From NCBI GenBank assembly GCA_964234715.1, contig OZ174275.1: a DNA stretch of 64,000 nucleotides; one strand, 5' to 3'. The notes under the pieces were generated by a model. The model was not told the DNA's origin. It saw only the letters and a program-made list of their open reading frames with translations, and searched no databases. Of the stretch, positions 14,056-27,177 are shown piece by piece; the first letter of the stretch is position 1, and every line of letters begins with the position of its first letter. Made by a program: the position numbers and the translations under genes. This DNA comes from Podarcis melisellensis (Eukaryota).

Positions 14056-14512
14056 GAGGTGATTAATGCCTCCTTGAAGGAGGCGGTGGAAAAACCACTC
14101 CTCAAGAAAACCTGGATTTGGAAATTTTAAATAATTACTGGCCGGTTGCCAATGTCTCCTTCTTGGTCAAGGTTTTGGAGTGGGTGTCCGCAGACCAGAT
14201 CAGGCTCTGTTGAAGGAAACTGATTTTCCGGATCCATTTCAGTCTGGGTTTTGGCCCGGATGTTGCTCTGTCAGGAGAGAGACAGAGGAAATGTGTCCTT
14301 AATAATTCTCCTCAACCTCTTGGTGGCTTTCAATACCATTGACCATGGTATCCTTCTGGAAGGGCTGTCCAAGCTGGGAGTGGGCAGTCCCACTTTGCGT
14401 TGGTTCCTGTACCACTTGGATGGTCATTTGCAGAGGGTGATGCTCTGGTTGTCAATTAGTTCCCGGGCCCAATTCAAAGTGCTTTTTTTTTTTTACCTGT
14501 AAAGCCTTAAAA
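14056..14512 (+). mobile_element. L2 LINE RT fragment, internally deleted
   Basis: Translates NYWPVANVSFLVKVLE...LLNLLVAFNTIDHGILL...RAQFKVL. Confidence 0.85.
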
Positions 14513-16457
14513 CGCCATCTCATGCTGGTCTCTATCTTAAATCTATCTCATGATGGTCTGTTAGTGGTTAAACAATCCAATGCTTGGTGAATTTTGCTTC
14601 ACAAAAGTGGAAAGAGCTGACTTTGAAAGGATTAGAAAGTGAGGTCTTGATGATGCAGCAATTTTAGCTATTCATTTTATTTGTTATTCCTGTTTAAAAA
14701 TTGTTTTCTTAAACCTTTCAGAAATGAGTTTTACATTGTGACTATATCATTTCTTTATAAATTTTGTTCTAATTCATTCAACACATTAAAAAAACTTTTT
14801 TATGTATAAATTGATATTAATTCTGCATGTGCCTCTAGGCCATTTTTACTTTTCAAATGAGTTTTTGTATATATTTCCCATTTTCCTGCTTATAATTGAA
14901 GATGCTAGAAGGTATATATGAAGAAGCTGAGAGAAAATTTGATTAATATATGTTAGCCTTTAAGAGAGGATAATTTTCTTTTTGTATGCAGAAGTACTAA
15001 ATGCAACTTCTTTTCATGGTAGAATAATAAGTAAATGTACCTTTCATCACTTCTATGTGTGCCTGCATTTCTTTTATTTTTAGTGTTTAACTCACCTCAA
15101 ATATCTCTAATGCTAAAAAACAGCGAATCACAATCAAAGTTGTGGGCGGCAAGGGTTTCTTATCTTCTCAATTTGATGCTATCCTGTTCTGACATACTGA
15201 CAGTGGAGAACTATCCCTTTGAGTCCATTGGTGCTTACTCCCAGGCAACTCAGTATAGGATTGCATCTTGAGGTTATGCAAATTATTTCCTTCAGAGTCT
15301 CTGTATATCGGATCTTTTGATCAATCTGTTATCAGAAGCTTATACAGTTCAAATACTTGGACATCTAGAAAATGTACTGTGAGGATATACCTACAATGGA
15401 GACTTCAGACGGTTTAACAAAGTCCTGAAAACCCTAGGAACTGTGTGTATGTATGTGTGGCTATCATGTTAATCAGACAAAATTTCCCAGCATTCTTTAA
15501 GAGAAGCCATGAAAGCTGTGGTATAGATGTTCTTTGGCTGAGGACCACTTTCCAACCAAAGTATGCACACATTCTCTGCCCGGTAGGCAGAGTTTTCCTG
15601 AAATTTTGGCATAAGTGAAATCTGAAAAGAATCTGGGCAAAACTTGAGGAAGGCTAAAGAGTTTTGATATGTGTTTTGTGGAAGACAGCCACGTGTCACT
15701 TGGGGAAAAGAATTTGATAGTTTGTGTCTTCTGACGTAATGCAGGTGTTGGCTACTTAAATGGTTTTAATGGGTCTGTACAGCTCTTTGGCATGGGTGTT
15801 AATGCTCAGCTCAAGGCCAGATAGAGAGGTCAGAAGGGGCATATTTGACCCCCTAGGCCTCATATTTCCTACCCTGACCCTCCTGGGTCAAAGGAAGAGA
15901 GTCAAAGTCCAAAAGTGTTTAAGAAGACAGTGCACAGATAATTTATTCTGCTGGAATGTAAGAGAGTCTTCAACCGTTTTCTAGATTTCTCATGGGTTTA
16001 CTTTTGGGCTTTGTATGCTAACAGACGGCAGTTTTATATCTAACCTGGTGGAAATATTACCTAGGTGGGTGTATTGCATGAATATAGGTTTAATCAATCC
16101 ACTGGGCTCACTCTGCATCCAATTGAGAACTAATCCTCAGTGATGACAAAAGCAAAACAATGCCCCTTTCCCTTTTGCTTTCACATTTTGTCCTGGATCC
16201 CTCTCACTTTGCGCTCATGACTATTCTGCATTTCTTCCCTCTTCCTTATTAGTAAATGTGACCAGGCCTCCATGAAAGAGCTGCCAAGAGATAATTATTC
16301 AGCAAAGATGGATGACCTACCTACTTCAGTAGATGCACATCAGGGGGAAACTTGGACAGACTTGAATAAAAGCTGAGTCAAAGCCAGCAGAATTCCAGTC
16401 TAAGCTCTTAAGATACTGTATTTTAAATGTGGGCTGAAATAAACAGATAGTGGTTTT

Positions 16458-16581
16458 ATAGAATCATAGAGCTTGAAGGGACCATGAGGGGCATCTAGTC
16501 CAACCCCCTGCAATGCTCAAGGTGGGGCTTGAACCTACAACCCTGAAATTAAAGAGTCTCATGCTCTGCCAACTGAGCGAT
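16458..16581 (-). mobile_element. tRNA-headed SINE with CR1-type 3' tail
   Basis: atagaatcatagagcttgaagggacc...tctagtccaaccccctgcaatg...ttgaacc...ctctgccaactgagc. Confidence 0.75.
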
Positions 16582-16998
16582 GTCTTAATATTTAGTGCAA
16601 AACTGGTAGAAACAGGATCTATCAATTGCAAGGTTCAGACACAACCCCCACCACACCCCATTCTACAGGTGTGTGTATTTAAAAATAAATAGGTATATAG
16701 GGTTTTATAAAAAGAAGTTTTTCCCACAAATTGTGAAAACTGTGCAGAAGACAGCGCTGAAATGCAAGAAGGCTGGATTGGGTGTGTCTTGCTGGGCATA
16801 ATTCATTGCTTGCAGCTGTTTGTTCTGGTCTGTAGTTGCATTGTGTTTCCCCATCTTCTGTTAGTGAAGGATGGTGAATTTGAGAAACGGGGGTTTCTAA
16901 AGAGACAGAAATCATTTTACACATCAAGCCAGTTATTCCCTTCATAGATGCAAACTTTAACAAATTCTTTAAGATTTCCTTTCCTTTCCTTTTTTTAG

Positions 16999-17836
16999 GA
17001 CATTGGGGACGATGTATAGGTGATTGTGGTTCGGGCGGTGTTCAGAGCCGAGTAGTCTGGTGTGTTCATTCTGAGGGGTGGACAACCCATCATTCAAATT
17101 GTGAACAAAGTGACAGACCTGAAAGCCAGAGGAGCTGTTTTAAAATATGTGACTGGCATCTTGAACTCTTTGAGTGGGAAGTTTCAGAATGGCACCTGTG
17201 TGTTCTTGTTCCTTTTGCCCTTGGTGAAGTCAGACCAAGAACTTCGGCATGTGTAACAGCCCAGCATGGATTACAACACAGAAAAGTACAATGTATACAG
17301 AAGTTGAACAGAACAGTAGTTGCGAATGAGATATGTGAATATTTTACCCCTCAGCCACCTATGGAACAAGCTTGCCTAATACCTTGCCCACGGGATTGTG
17401 TAGTGTCTGAGTTTTCCTCCTGGTCCGTATGTGGCAGACACTGTGGAAAGAGTTTACAACACAGAACCCGTTCTGTTATTGCGCCGCCACTCTATGGCGG
17501 AGCCAAATGCCCAAATCTAACTGAATCGAGGGTTTGCGATGTTTGGATGTCTTGTCCTCATGGGGAAGAGGAATATACGTACAGTCTTAAAGTTGGACCC
17601 TGGAGTAAGTGCCGGATGCCTCACCTTAAGGAAATGAATATGATTGGGAGAACTATGCTGGATTTTGGTTCCGAATCAACAGAACGAAGCACCTTCAAAC
17701 TTCAAGTGGTGGAGAATTTCCAGAATTTTCATAGATCTAGGTCACACTACAGTTCCAAGCCTTGGGATATAGAAATTGGTTATCAAACAAGGCAGGTGAG
17801 GTGTACGAGAAGTGATGGGAAGAATGCTATGCTGAG
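16999..17836 (+). CDS. THSD7B: THSD7B internal coding exon (likely exon 3), 838 nt, TSP1 repeats
   Basis: Acceptor ttcctttttttag|GA and donor CTGAG|gtaaga. Open frame (G)HWGRCIGDCGSGGVQSRVVWCVHSEGWTTHHSNC...KLNRTVVANEICEYFTPQPPMEQACLIPCPRDCVVSEFSSWS...GYQTRQVRCTRSDGKNAML(S). It matches the recalled THSD7B sequence (KLNRTVVANEIC, EEEYTxSLKVGPWSKC). Phase 1 to phase 2. The ORF track shows only 17304-17840. Confidence 0.96.
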
Positions 17837-20311
17837 GTAAGAGATCAACTTCATTTCTTTAAAGGCTGCTAAAGGCTGCTAAACATATCTACTTCTCTAG
17901 TTTTGAATGTGCATTTTGCCATGTACAGTGTTTTGGTTTCATTCACATGTAGTCTCGTTTAGCACTAAACTTTCATATGTTGAAGAGACAGTTTTGGTAG
18001 TGATGTATACATATAAACTACAATTTAAATGAGGTTTTGTTTTGCTGATTTTCAACCAGCATTCAAGTTTTCTTCCATCAAAGGGAGCAGATAGTTATTT
18101 GTTTCCAGAGCTTCCATGGCTATTGAGAGCCAGTTCAGACATATGTAAGTCATCCAAAGCCTGGAAGAAACATCTTTGTGGATGAAATAATTGCAGCCCA
18201 GCATAGGAGCTAACGCCTAGGGGCTGAGGGGTCTTCACCACCTCCAATAAAATATTTGAGAGGGCTTGCCATTCATATGGTGTGCGAACATCACGTCATG
18301 TGATCGACTATACAGGGCAGGGCTTACCAACCCCCCCCCCCACACATATTTTATTCAAGTTGGCACATCTTAAACCTAGTTAATGACTCCCACTTTCAGT
18401 GGCAATTCACAGACGCAGAATAGCTGGAACACATGCTGTTGTACTCATACATACTGCTGGGAATAAACTGCTACTTTCTGAGATGTTCTGTGTTCGGCAC
18501 TCTTCCTTTCATGCTACTGAATCTCTGGTCAGACCAATCCATGAGAATAATTTGTAGTTTGCTGAGCTAACTAAAATATTATTCTGGTTCATTACTGTAC
18601 TTCCATTATTACCATACAGGCCACATTAATCCTCCCATCATGGTGAGTGAGTGGAGCAACACTGCTGTATTTTTGGCAGAGTATGCCTCAACAGGAAATC
18701 CTGAGGAAGAAAAAAAAAAATCCATGTTCTTCTGGAACAGTTAAATGTAAAATATATTAGCACTGATATTTGGCTTAAGTTGGTGTGTGTGCCTATGATA
18801 TGAAAAACATTAAAAGTTTTTGAAGTAATTGTGCTCATAAGTTTCTCAGGCTGTTCCCAGTGTTTTCTCATAATCTGTAGTTCTCAATGGGTTGGTCATT
18901 GCATGTGAGGTGCATGTATTTTATTAATGTTGCTGAACATCTTGTTCAACCACCGAAATAGCCTTTTAAGGACCTGCTGTTTATTATGCTATATCTTTTA
19001 AGGGGGCATTGGTTAGGCGAAAAGTTGATATTTTTTATTGGTTAGAGAAAGAGTACTTGGGTTCAAAGCTATAGCTTGTCTTAATCTTGTTTGCACCAGT
19101 TGCACCAAGAGTTTCGGTAGTTGGCTTCAATATATACCAGTTAAACTTGCAACATGGTTCACAGATGGAAGAGAAACTGTTAAAATAGCTTCACCAGTTT
19201 ACATTTTTTAAATTGGCGAGAAGTGCTAATGACACCATTTTCCTTTACCACATTGGGAGCAGGAATGTGGAAAGTTATTTCTTTGGATCAGATATGGATG
19301 GTAGTAGTGTCATTTTTCTACTGGGGATTGGCATTCCCAGTGCAGTCCCTGGTAGAAAAAGACACTCCACTTGGGTTCTGTCCATGTCCATCCCTGATTC
19401 TGCCTCCTTTGCGTGATCCAGGGTCAGTTACCAGGCCTTGAAGCAATGGAATGGGAGGTAGCAGCAGTGGTGAGATTTGCTATACTGAGCTCAGCTGGGA
19501 CCTGTCCATCCCATTTGCCTTGATACTAAGCTGCAAGCACTCAAACAGGGGCAATCACTTTTGTGGTCACCTCTGTTGGCATGTTCATACCACCTAGTAA
19601 TAGCACCCCTCCTAATAATGTATCCAAATAATATACCTGAAATATCCTATTCAGATTTTCACACGGACCAAATATCAATTAAATTAGTTTTCCATCTGCA
19701 AAGCAGAAACAACCCTTTAGTACCTTTGCAATTTTATGCTACATTTAGTGTAATTAACCTCACATTATGGGTAATTAAACACCATGATCCTGTTTTAAAA
19801 ATGTAGCGTCATGAGACATTATGAAGAAAGGGGGCGTTTCAGCTTGTCTTTCATTTCATGAAATTTATGATTTAGATTTTTATTTATTTATTTGGGGAAT
19901 AAACACATTAGTGGAGGTGTCTTCTATATGGCATTTGCATGCAGCTTTTGCCTAGGTTGTTTAAAGTTTCCAAGCAGTGCCTTGGCTTTGCCATGCAAAC
20001 AGTTGCAAATAGTGTCCCTGAAGTTGAGAGTGGAAGGGGAATGCTAGCACCCTTGCAAGCTAGCTGTGGACTTACATAATTTTAAAGAAACGTGAATTTT
20101 AACCAGACATGGAGTTGTTGCTTTTGCCATGACCCTGGAATTTCTTGGGTTTCTCTCTTCCCAATGGAGGCTTGGTAAAATGTAACTTGCAGATCTGGCT
20201 ATTACGGAATGCTTCATAGTCTTCCTGCTTCTGTTTAATCACAGACCAGGTATAAGAGAGAATGCTTCAGGGTTGTTGTGGTGTTGTTAACAAAATACTT
20301 TCTTATCACAG

Positions 20312-20563
20312 CCTTTGTGTGCAAGAAACCATCCCTTTGACCTTTCAGTCCTGTGTTATGCCTAAAGACTGTGAAACATCAGATTGGTCTTCATGGAGCT
20401 CCTGTTCAAAGACTTGTCACTCAGGGGATCTCTCACCAGGATACCGAATTAGAACTCGGAGTATAAAGCATGTTGCTGTAGGAGCCGGCCGAGAATGTCC
20501 TGAAACAGAAGAAAGGGAAGCCTGCAATGTTGGAGGAGGTGATCGTGCTCATCCATGCCCAAG
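20312..20563 (+). CDS. THSD7B: THSD7B internal coding exon (likely exon 4), 252 nt
   Basis: Acceptor tttcttatcacag|C and donor CCAAG|gtagat. Encodes (S)LCVQETIPLTFQSCVMPKDCETSDWSSWSSCSKTC...CPETEEREACNVGGGDRAHPCP(R), with the TSP1 WSxWSxCSxTC motif. Phase 2 to 2, in frame with the previous exon. Confidence 0.96.
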
Positions 20564-20571
20564 GTAGATTC

Positions 20572-20675
20572 CATAATAATAATAATAATAATAATAATAA
20601 TTTATTTATACCCCGCCCATCTGGCTGGGTTTCCCCAGCCACTCTTGATGGCTTCCAACAAAATATTAAAATACA
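20572..20675 (-). mobile_element. L2 LINE extreme 3' fragment with (AAT)n tail
   Basis: (aat)n then ttatttataccccgcccatctggctgggtttccccagccactct, the reverse complement of the L2 3' end. It begins about 9 nt after the exon donor. Confidence 0.85.
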
Positions 20676-20961
20676 GTGGTCTGTTAAACATCATTGCCTT
20701 CCTTTTTCCTTTATTCAAAGAGAGTCTGAACCTCAAATACATTGGATGGTTTAGTAACATTTGTTCATGTGGTACCACTTGCTTGGCCTGTGGCCCAGTG
20801 AGCGCAGAGTGAGGGCATGCCTCAGTGCAGATTTGTCTGTACATTTGTGTGTAGGTCTGTACATGTGCATGCATGTGCATGTGGCAATCACACAGGGTCC
20901 CCGGACGTTTCACTGTCTATTGATCCCTGTGCCACCACTTTATTTCTCGCTGCCACCACCC

Positions 20962-21369
20962 TGGTACAATACTGAATCTAGTCAGGGTTAAATTGGAACA
21001 TAAACTTCTGTTTATTTATTGCAGTTTAACAAGCGTGTGGTTTCATAAACGGTATTGGTCAATTACAATCATGGGGTGCCTATCCAGACCTATAACTTCC
21101 GCTACCTGTTCTCACTCACTAAACCACCTCTCAGTTGGTCTTCCTAGCTCCTAACTGTTCCTGACTCAGCTTGTTTCACTACACTAACTCAACCTACCCA
21201 CAGACTCTATCCCAAATCATTCCCACTTCAACCAACCTCTCAACGAACTCCTCCCTTCGCCTCTCCCAGAGCTGGTTTTATAGTCCCTCCAACTCCCCCC
21301 CCCCCAGGTTCTGATTGGGTAACCTGTTTAACTATTTCACCTCCAGCACTCTCATATGTTAACATCACA
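20962..21369 (-). mobile_element. Candidate solo LTR (~410 bp)
   Basis: On the minus strand it reads TGTGATGTTAAC...CCAATCAG (21311-21318)...TATAAAA (21276-21282)...AATAAATAAA (21011-21020)...GTACCA. The U3-R-U5 motif order is correct and the ends are TG..CA, but no TSD was found. Confidence 0.55.
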
Positions 21370-22217
21370 GTGCACTCTCTCTGACTTCCTCTGTGGTATC
21401 TTTTAAAGAGAACCCTATTTTTACTCTCTCCATTCCCTCTGTCAACGCCGAGAGCAAGAGTGACTTGAAATACAGCCACATAAATTGCTTGTCTTAGACC
21501 ATCTTAGATGGTCCTGGGTGGGACTGCCAGCCCACAGACCTAATCATTAGGTGTATGGCAGGTTAAGGTGGGTTTTGGATGAAAGATGCTTTGCTGATTG
21601 GTCAGCTGATTGGCGGTGCCCGCAAAGCGTCTTGCTCAGTGCTTACCAAGAACCAACTGTTAGCTGCTTGTCAATCTAGGAGAACACTGAGCAAGCTGTG
21701 CAGGCAAAAACAGGTCACCTGACATCATTGCTCCTGTGTTATAGGGACAGGAAGTCAACAGCTTTTGGTGAGCTGCTCTCTGCAGTCTGCCTCTTTTATT
21801 CTTATTCCCGTTCCCAGCAGCATCAGTCCTGACAGCCCTATTGGTGACACAGAAGGTGGGCAGAAGGGACAGAGGCATCAAAGGGGAGGTTGTGGCCATG
21901 TAAAATCCAGCTCCAGATCTGCAGGGTACCTGGTGTGAAGTTGACCAGGAACTTTATATTCCATGTGTACAGGAAGGTGTGTGCAGTCTTGACTGACTGC
22001 ATTGCCTTCTTGTTATGACAAACTATGGTTTGTTGCTATGTCTGAAAGTGCCCCCAGGGAAATGTGAAGATTGTCCAGATGAAAGTCACGTTAAGATTTG
22101 AATGTAATTGAAGGTTTGTGTAGTAGGCTAGAAATCTAGCTACTCGTTTGCAGAAAGTGGGAAAACAGAAAGGGGTATTTACGGTAATTGAAACCTGCTA
22201 TGCAGTTTGACATGGTT

Positions 22218-22265
22218 AAACAAACAAACAAACAAACAAACAAACAAACAAACAAACAAACAAAC
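22218..22265. repeat. (AAAC)n microsatellite
   Basis: Read directly. Confidence 0.97.
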
Positions 22266-22655
22266 AGCAGTCACCTATAGCAGCTGGTCATGTAGCAGGA
22301 TGGTTCAGCTGCACTGTTTTCAGACAGTAATGTTAGATTTATGGGTTTAGAAGCCATGCAGATTCATGTTTACAGAATGGAAGCTGCTACAGCAGCATGC
22401 TGGGCATCTATGCTTTGCAAAGGTGTATAAGGAAGACAGTGTGGTCATTTTCCAAGCTACACAGCCAAATGCAGAGAGGAGCATGCTCAAAATGATTTCT
22501 ATACTGCCACCCCCACCTCACCCCACCCTGCAGTTTCTAATATGCACATCTGTGCATATACTGTCTTGTATGCAGGCAAGGGGTTGGATCCTTTGCAGAC
22601 AAGTTTGTAGCTTGTCATAGAAGTCATAGAAGTGACTTCTGCTCTTATCATAGAT

Positions 22656-22840
22656 TAGTGGTTGCCATATTTCAAAAAGTGAAAATCCAGACACATTAAG
22701 TTTAGTTTTGGTTTTCTTTGGACAAAGTTGTTGGGCTTTTCTTAATTTTGCAAGACATCTGGATTTTCCCAAACATTTTGGGAATTTCTGCCCGGACATT
22801 GTTTCACACTACCCTATTCTGGCTATGTATGGCTACCCTA
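22656..22840. mobile_element. hAT (Tip100-type) MITE
   Basis: TIRs TAGTGGTTGCCATA / TATGGCTACCCTA and a perfect 8-bp TSD TCATAGAT (22648-22655, 22841-22848). Confidence 0.88.
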
Positions 22841-25800
22841 TCATAGATATATTTCCTTAGGATTGTTGAGCTTGGTGCTCGTATTTAGTTCATTTCTTTA
22901 ATTTCTATCTGGTGATTTAGCTTCAAGAGTCTTCATTCTATCATAATGGTAGAAGTTTTTCTTGAGTGGTTGTAGTTTCAAGTGCCTTTTAAAAGTTTCA
23001 TATACTTAGATTATTGTTGTATTGAAAAGAGCCCTGAATTTTGCTATCTGCTCCTGGCTCTTCTGAAGCAGGTGGTGTAATACTTATGAAATATTTCTGA
23101 GGGGGAAAAACAGTGCAGAGATCGTGAGTGTGGTGTGCACTATACAATTGTGTTACTTCAAAATCAGCAACCTGCTCATCATCCATGTATGTCTTGCTAT
23201 CAGTAGAAGAGAGAGGGCACTTACATTTGTTGCTTGATTAGATCTTGCAGGGTGAGGGGGAGCTCTTGTATGCTGATTTTTACTTTTCCATCCCCAATTC
23301 ATGTCAATCAGTAAGACAAAAGGGTAGATTGCATGACTGATTTTGTTCTCTGTGCACAATGCGTTGTTACGCATGACAGTCATGTGACTGAAATATTCCA
23401 GCCGCCAGCCAAGGAGTGAGGAAAGAGATTTGTATCTGACGCATCTTCCTACAATTTTTATCAATACCAGGAGACATAAAATATGAGGCATGAACAATGG
23501 TCCAAGGCTGAAGTATTTTGTTGTGTCTGATGTGTTGCATGGGTGGCCACTTGCACATCACCCCAAAGATGAAACACATCACTAAAAAAGAAGGGTACAG
23601 ATTGGCATAAAGGTGCATATGTGTAGATGCCACTTTATAAATAATTATGATAAATAGAAATGCCCTGGAGTAAACAAGACTGTGATTAGGTGCCAAGCCT
23701 GCTGTCCAAGTGCTAACCTGCTCTCCCTTCTTATGCTATTTAGTCTTTAAAAAGAACCCAGTCAGATGAGCAGAGAATAATCATGATCACCATCATATTT
23801 GGGCCAGACAGCACTTCAGCTAGAGGATGACTTCAGAAGACTATCCTCTGTATGACACAGAACCACTCTATATGTCACTCCAACCTCCTATCTATGGTTT
23901 TTTTGTCTGGCATTTTTTTTTTTTTTTTTGCTTTCCAGTTGAAGGGCATGGAGAAATTGAAACAGATCTACATCAACATTCCGCACTTGTGGGTTAACTA
24001 GAAAGTGCTTCTCTGCTTAGTTTTGTCATATACACACAGGTCCCACTATCCACCCACTTGTTATGTGAAAATTCAGCTAACCAAACATAAAGAATCATGC
24101 CCAGACTTCCTTCCTTGTTTGTGCTTTGCTGGTCAGCACCAGCAGTGCTATTTTTCTAAAAAAAGAGGTGTTGGAACTCACCATGAATGCCTCCCCTGTT
24201 TTCTTATAATGGCAATGGCTCCTACCTGAGTTTCAGCACATTGCAGGAGAGGGAGGGCTTTACATCCAGCAAATCTGAAGCCTCCATGGATCCACCTTGA
24301 GACAGGTCCCTAGAACACCTCCCTTTTACTGTCTCCTTCATCAGAGCACTGGCAGTGGAGGAGAGGAAACATCTGCAGATGTTTCCACAGCTGAAAAGAG
24401 GATGCTTCTGTGGGCATACCTTCTTCTTCACCCACAAAGTTCACTCTCCATACTCTTAAGGCCCCTTGAGATGTTCTCCCGTGGCCCATAGGATTTCAGT
24501 CTAAACTTTGTTGTACCATTTTAATGTTTTTCTCTTTCTAGTTTAGACATGTTCTACACAGCCCTGATTCTCCTTTCCGTCTGTGCTTCAGCAATGCTAA
24601 ACATTTTCAATGGGGTTCACACCTGCAGTGATTCTTTGCTTATTTGCCTAAACACTAATTTAAATCAACACACATCTACTTAAAGCAAGAGTTGTTAGTG
24701 ACTAAATGAGAGTGTGTACCTCCCCTTAAGCATTTGGTGTTATAAATCGGTTTCCATTTAGCCCTGAGAAATGTGACATTAATGTGATGGGAAACAAAAC
24801 ACAGCACTTTGCCTTGTTGCTGTTCAGCTAACTACTTCAGAATTGAAATTGTCTGTATGGAAGAAAAGATAAGCCACATTAAGGAAGGGTGGTGTTTTTT
24901 TTTAAGTTACACCTACGAAAAGTTACACCTCCTATTCTGATTTTATGCATTGTGGGAGGACAATGTCATATTTGTCATGTAAGAAGGCTGTCTTGCAGAG
25001 ATTCTGTTCCTTTGTTTGTTCTTTTCTTTTTCCTAATAATAAATTTTGTCTGTCTTCCCAACTGCACACAAAACAGTGTGTATTTAAATGAGAGAATGAC
25101 AGTTCATCTAAAAAGTACTGTGAATTAGAAGCAATCAGTATTTTTGTAAGCATCTCCATGCAGAACAGAATTCTAAAGGCCTTTCAAAATAGACACTGAT
25201 AGTTTGGATAATTTAAGCTGATGCTGAGAAGTGTAAGCATCAACTTTATTTTCCATTATTATTTTTTTGTAAATAATTTGAGTCTGGAATAATTGGTTGG
25301 AATATTTTACTTTATGAAAGACAGTCTGAAACACTGGTGCTCATAATAATTAATCAATAGTAGCACCAATGGTGTGCACCAGATTGAGCCAGATCCCAAA
25401 CCGATTCTGGTTGACCTGGAATTTACCTGGATTTGGTTGAAAGAATCTCAGATCACCCTGGGTCGAATTGAGTCCACCTAGTACTACCCAGGGCTGTTAA
25501 AAGGGCGTGTGTGCATTTTACACACATATATTTATGTAGCCTGAGATTTATGTTATATTTTATTACACTATTACTGCTTAAATCTCAGGCTAAGTTTGCA
25601 TTGTTTTCCTCAGCTTTTAATGGTAATTTTGCTGCTTTTTAATTGCTGTGTACCTTATTACTTACTCCCTGCCTCTTTAGCCCATTTATTGATGGTATAT
25701 TATAGTGTTTTAAATTGACTTTGTCAAGTGCCATAAAGGCCACCGTAGTTAAATTATGGAATGCAAATATTTTGAAGAAGCAAAATGAAACCAATGGCAG

Positions 25801-25874
25801 CACTAGTAGTTTCCTGTTTATTGGGATATGAAGAAAGTGTGTGGAATTGAGTTGGTGCTTTTGGTTGCCTGTTG

Positions 25875-26320
25875 GTGGTAAGGGAACACCTAGCTATTTT
25901 AAATGAATTCAGATCTCCAGGGCCAGATGAGCTGCACCCAGGGGTACTAAAGGAGCTTGCAGGTGCAATCTCAGAGCCTATAATCTTTGAGAATTTTTGG
26001 AGAACAGGTGAGGTCCCTGAGGACTGAAAGTGGGCAAACAAAGAAGATCTAGGTAACTACTGACCAGTGAGTTTGATTGACCAGTGAACATTGATACCAG
26101 GAAAGATCCTAGAACAGATAATTAAACAGTTGATCAGTGAGCACTTAAAAAAGGCTGCTGTTATTATTAAAACCCATCATGGGTTTCTCAAAAATAAGTC
26201 ACGCCAGACAAATCTCATTTCTTTTTTTGATAGCGTTACAAGCTTAGTGGATCCAGGGGAATGCTGTGGACGTAGTGTCTCTTGATTTCAAGGCTTTTGA
26301 CAAAGTCCCCCATGTTATTC
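25875..26320 (+). mobile_element. CR1 LINE reverse-transcriptase fragment (pseudogenised)
   Basis: SPGPDELHPRVLKELA...WRTGEVPED*KWAN...IPGKILEQIIKQ...HGFLKNKSRQTNLISFFD...KAFDKVPH, with stops and frameshifts. Confidence 0.93.
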
Positions 26321-26844
26321 ATGTTAAGTATAATTGTTTAATTCACACTGAAATGGAGCATGCCTGAAATGGAGCATGCCTGAATGTGTATCCTAATATC
26401 ATGAAACTGTTTTGGGTGGTACTGAAGACTGCGGAGGGGAGAACGAAGGGACAAATATTGTCCCTCATCTATTAATGACAGCAACCACTGGATCAAAAGC
26501 CCCTTTCTTGAGCACAAAGGCACCAGCTGGATTCTATTCAGTCCTTTAAAGTGTTTTCGTCAGGCTTCAGAGTTATTTTTAAAAAGAAAGAAAAATGTAT
26601 AGCTTTTCTTATTTACAGATAAACTATAAGTATTGTGGGAATTTTATTCCCTTAGCAATTTTTCTGGCAGTTGCGTTTTGATTTGGGGAATACCGAGACG
26701 TGCAGAGGAATCCAAAGTAAGTCCTTTTGTGTTTGATGGGATTTATTCCGAACAAGTGTCTTTAGGATTGCAGCCTCAATAATTTGTTAGCTACTTATAA
26801 CAAACACGTTTTTACATGAATTAATGTTTGTGATTTTCTGCAAG

Positions 26845-27011
26845 ATATTCATGGAGAACATCTGAATGGAAAGGATGTGATGTCACTCTCCTCCTAGAAC
26901 AGCAGGACCCCCGACACCATAAACACTCAGCCCTTTGTGGAGGTGGGGTACAGGTCCGGGAAGTATACTGTGCCCAGATCACACTGGAGGAAACACACAA
27001 GTTAAAGGAAG
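26845..27011 (+). CDS. THSD7B: THSD7B internal coding exon (likely exon 5), 167 nt, absent from the ORF track
   Basis: Acceptor gattttctgcaag|A and donor GAAG|gtatgc. Translated by hand: (R)YSWRTSEWKGCDVTLLLEQQDPRHHKHSALCGGGVQVREVYCAQITLEETHKLKE(V). Phase 2 to 1, which links the flanking exons in frame. Confidence 0.95.
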
Positions 27012-27177
27012 GTATGCTAGAAATTACTTGTATTACCTATAAATAAATAATTGGTATGAAATGATGAAAAGAAGGTTGAGGTTGTACTGCAGTGAAATGC
27101 TGGGTATAGGGTTCCGGATTCTACAATTAGAAGTTTAGAGCCTTGGAGGTAGCATTATTTGCTTGCACATTTAATGT

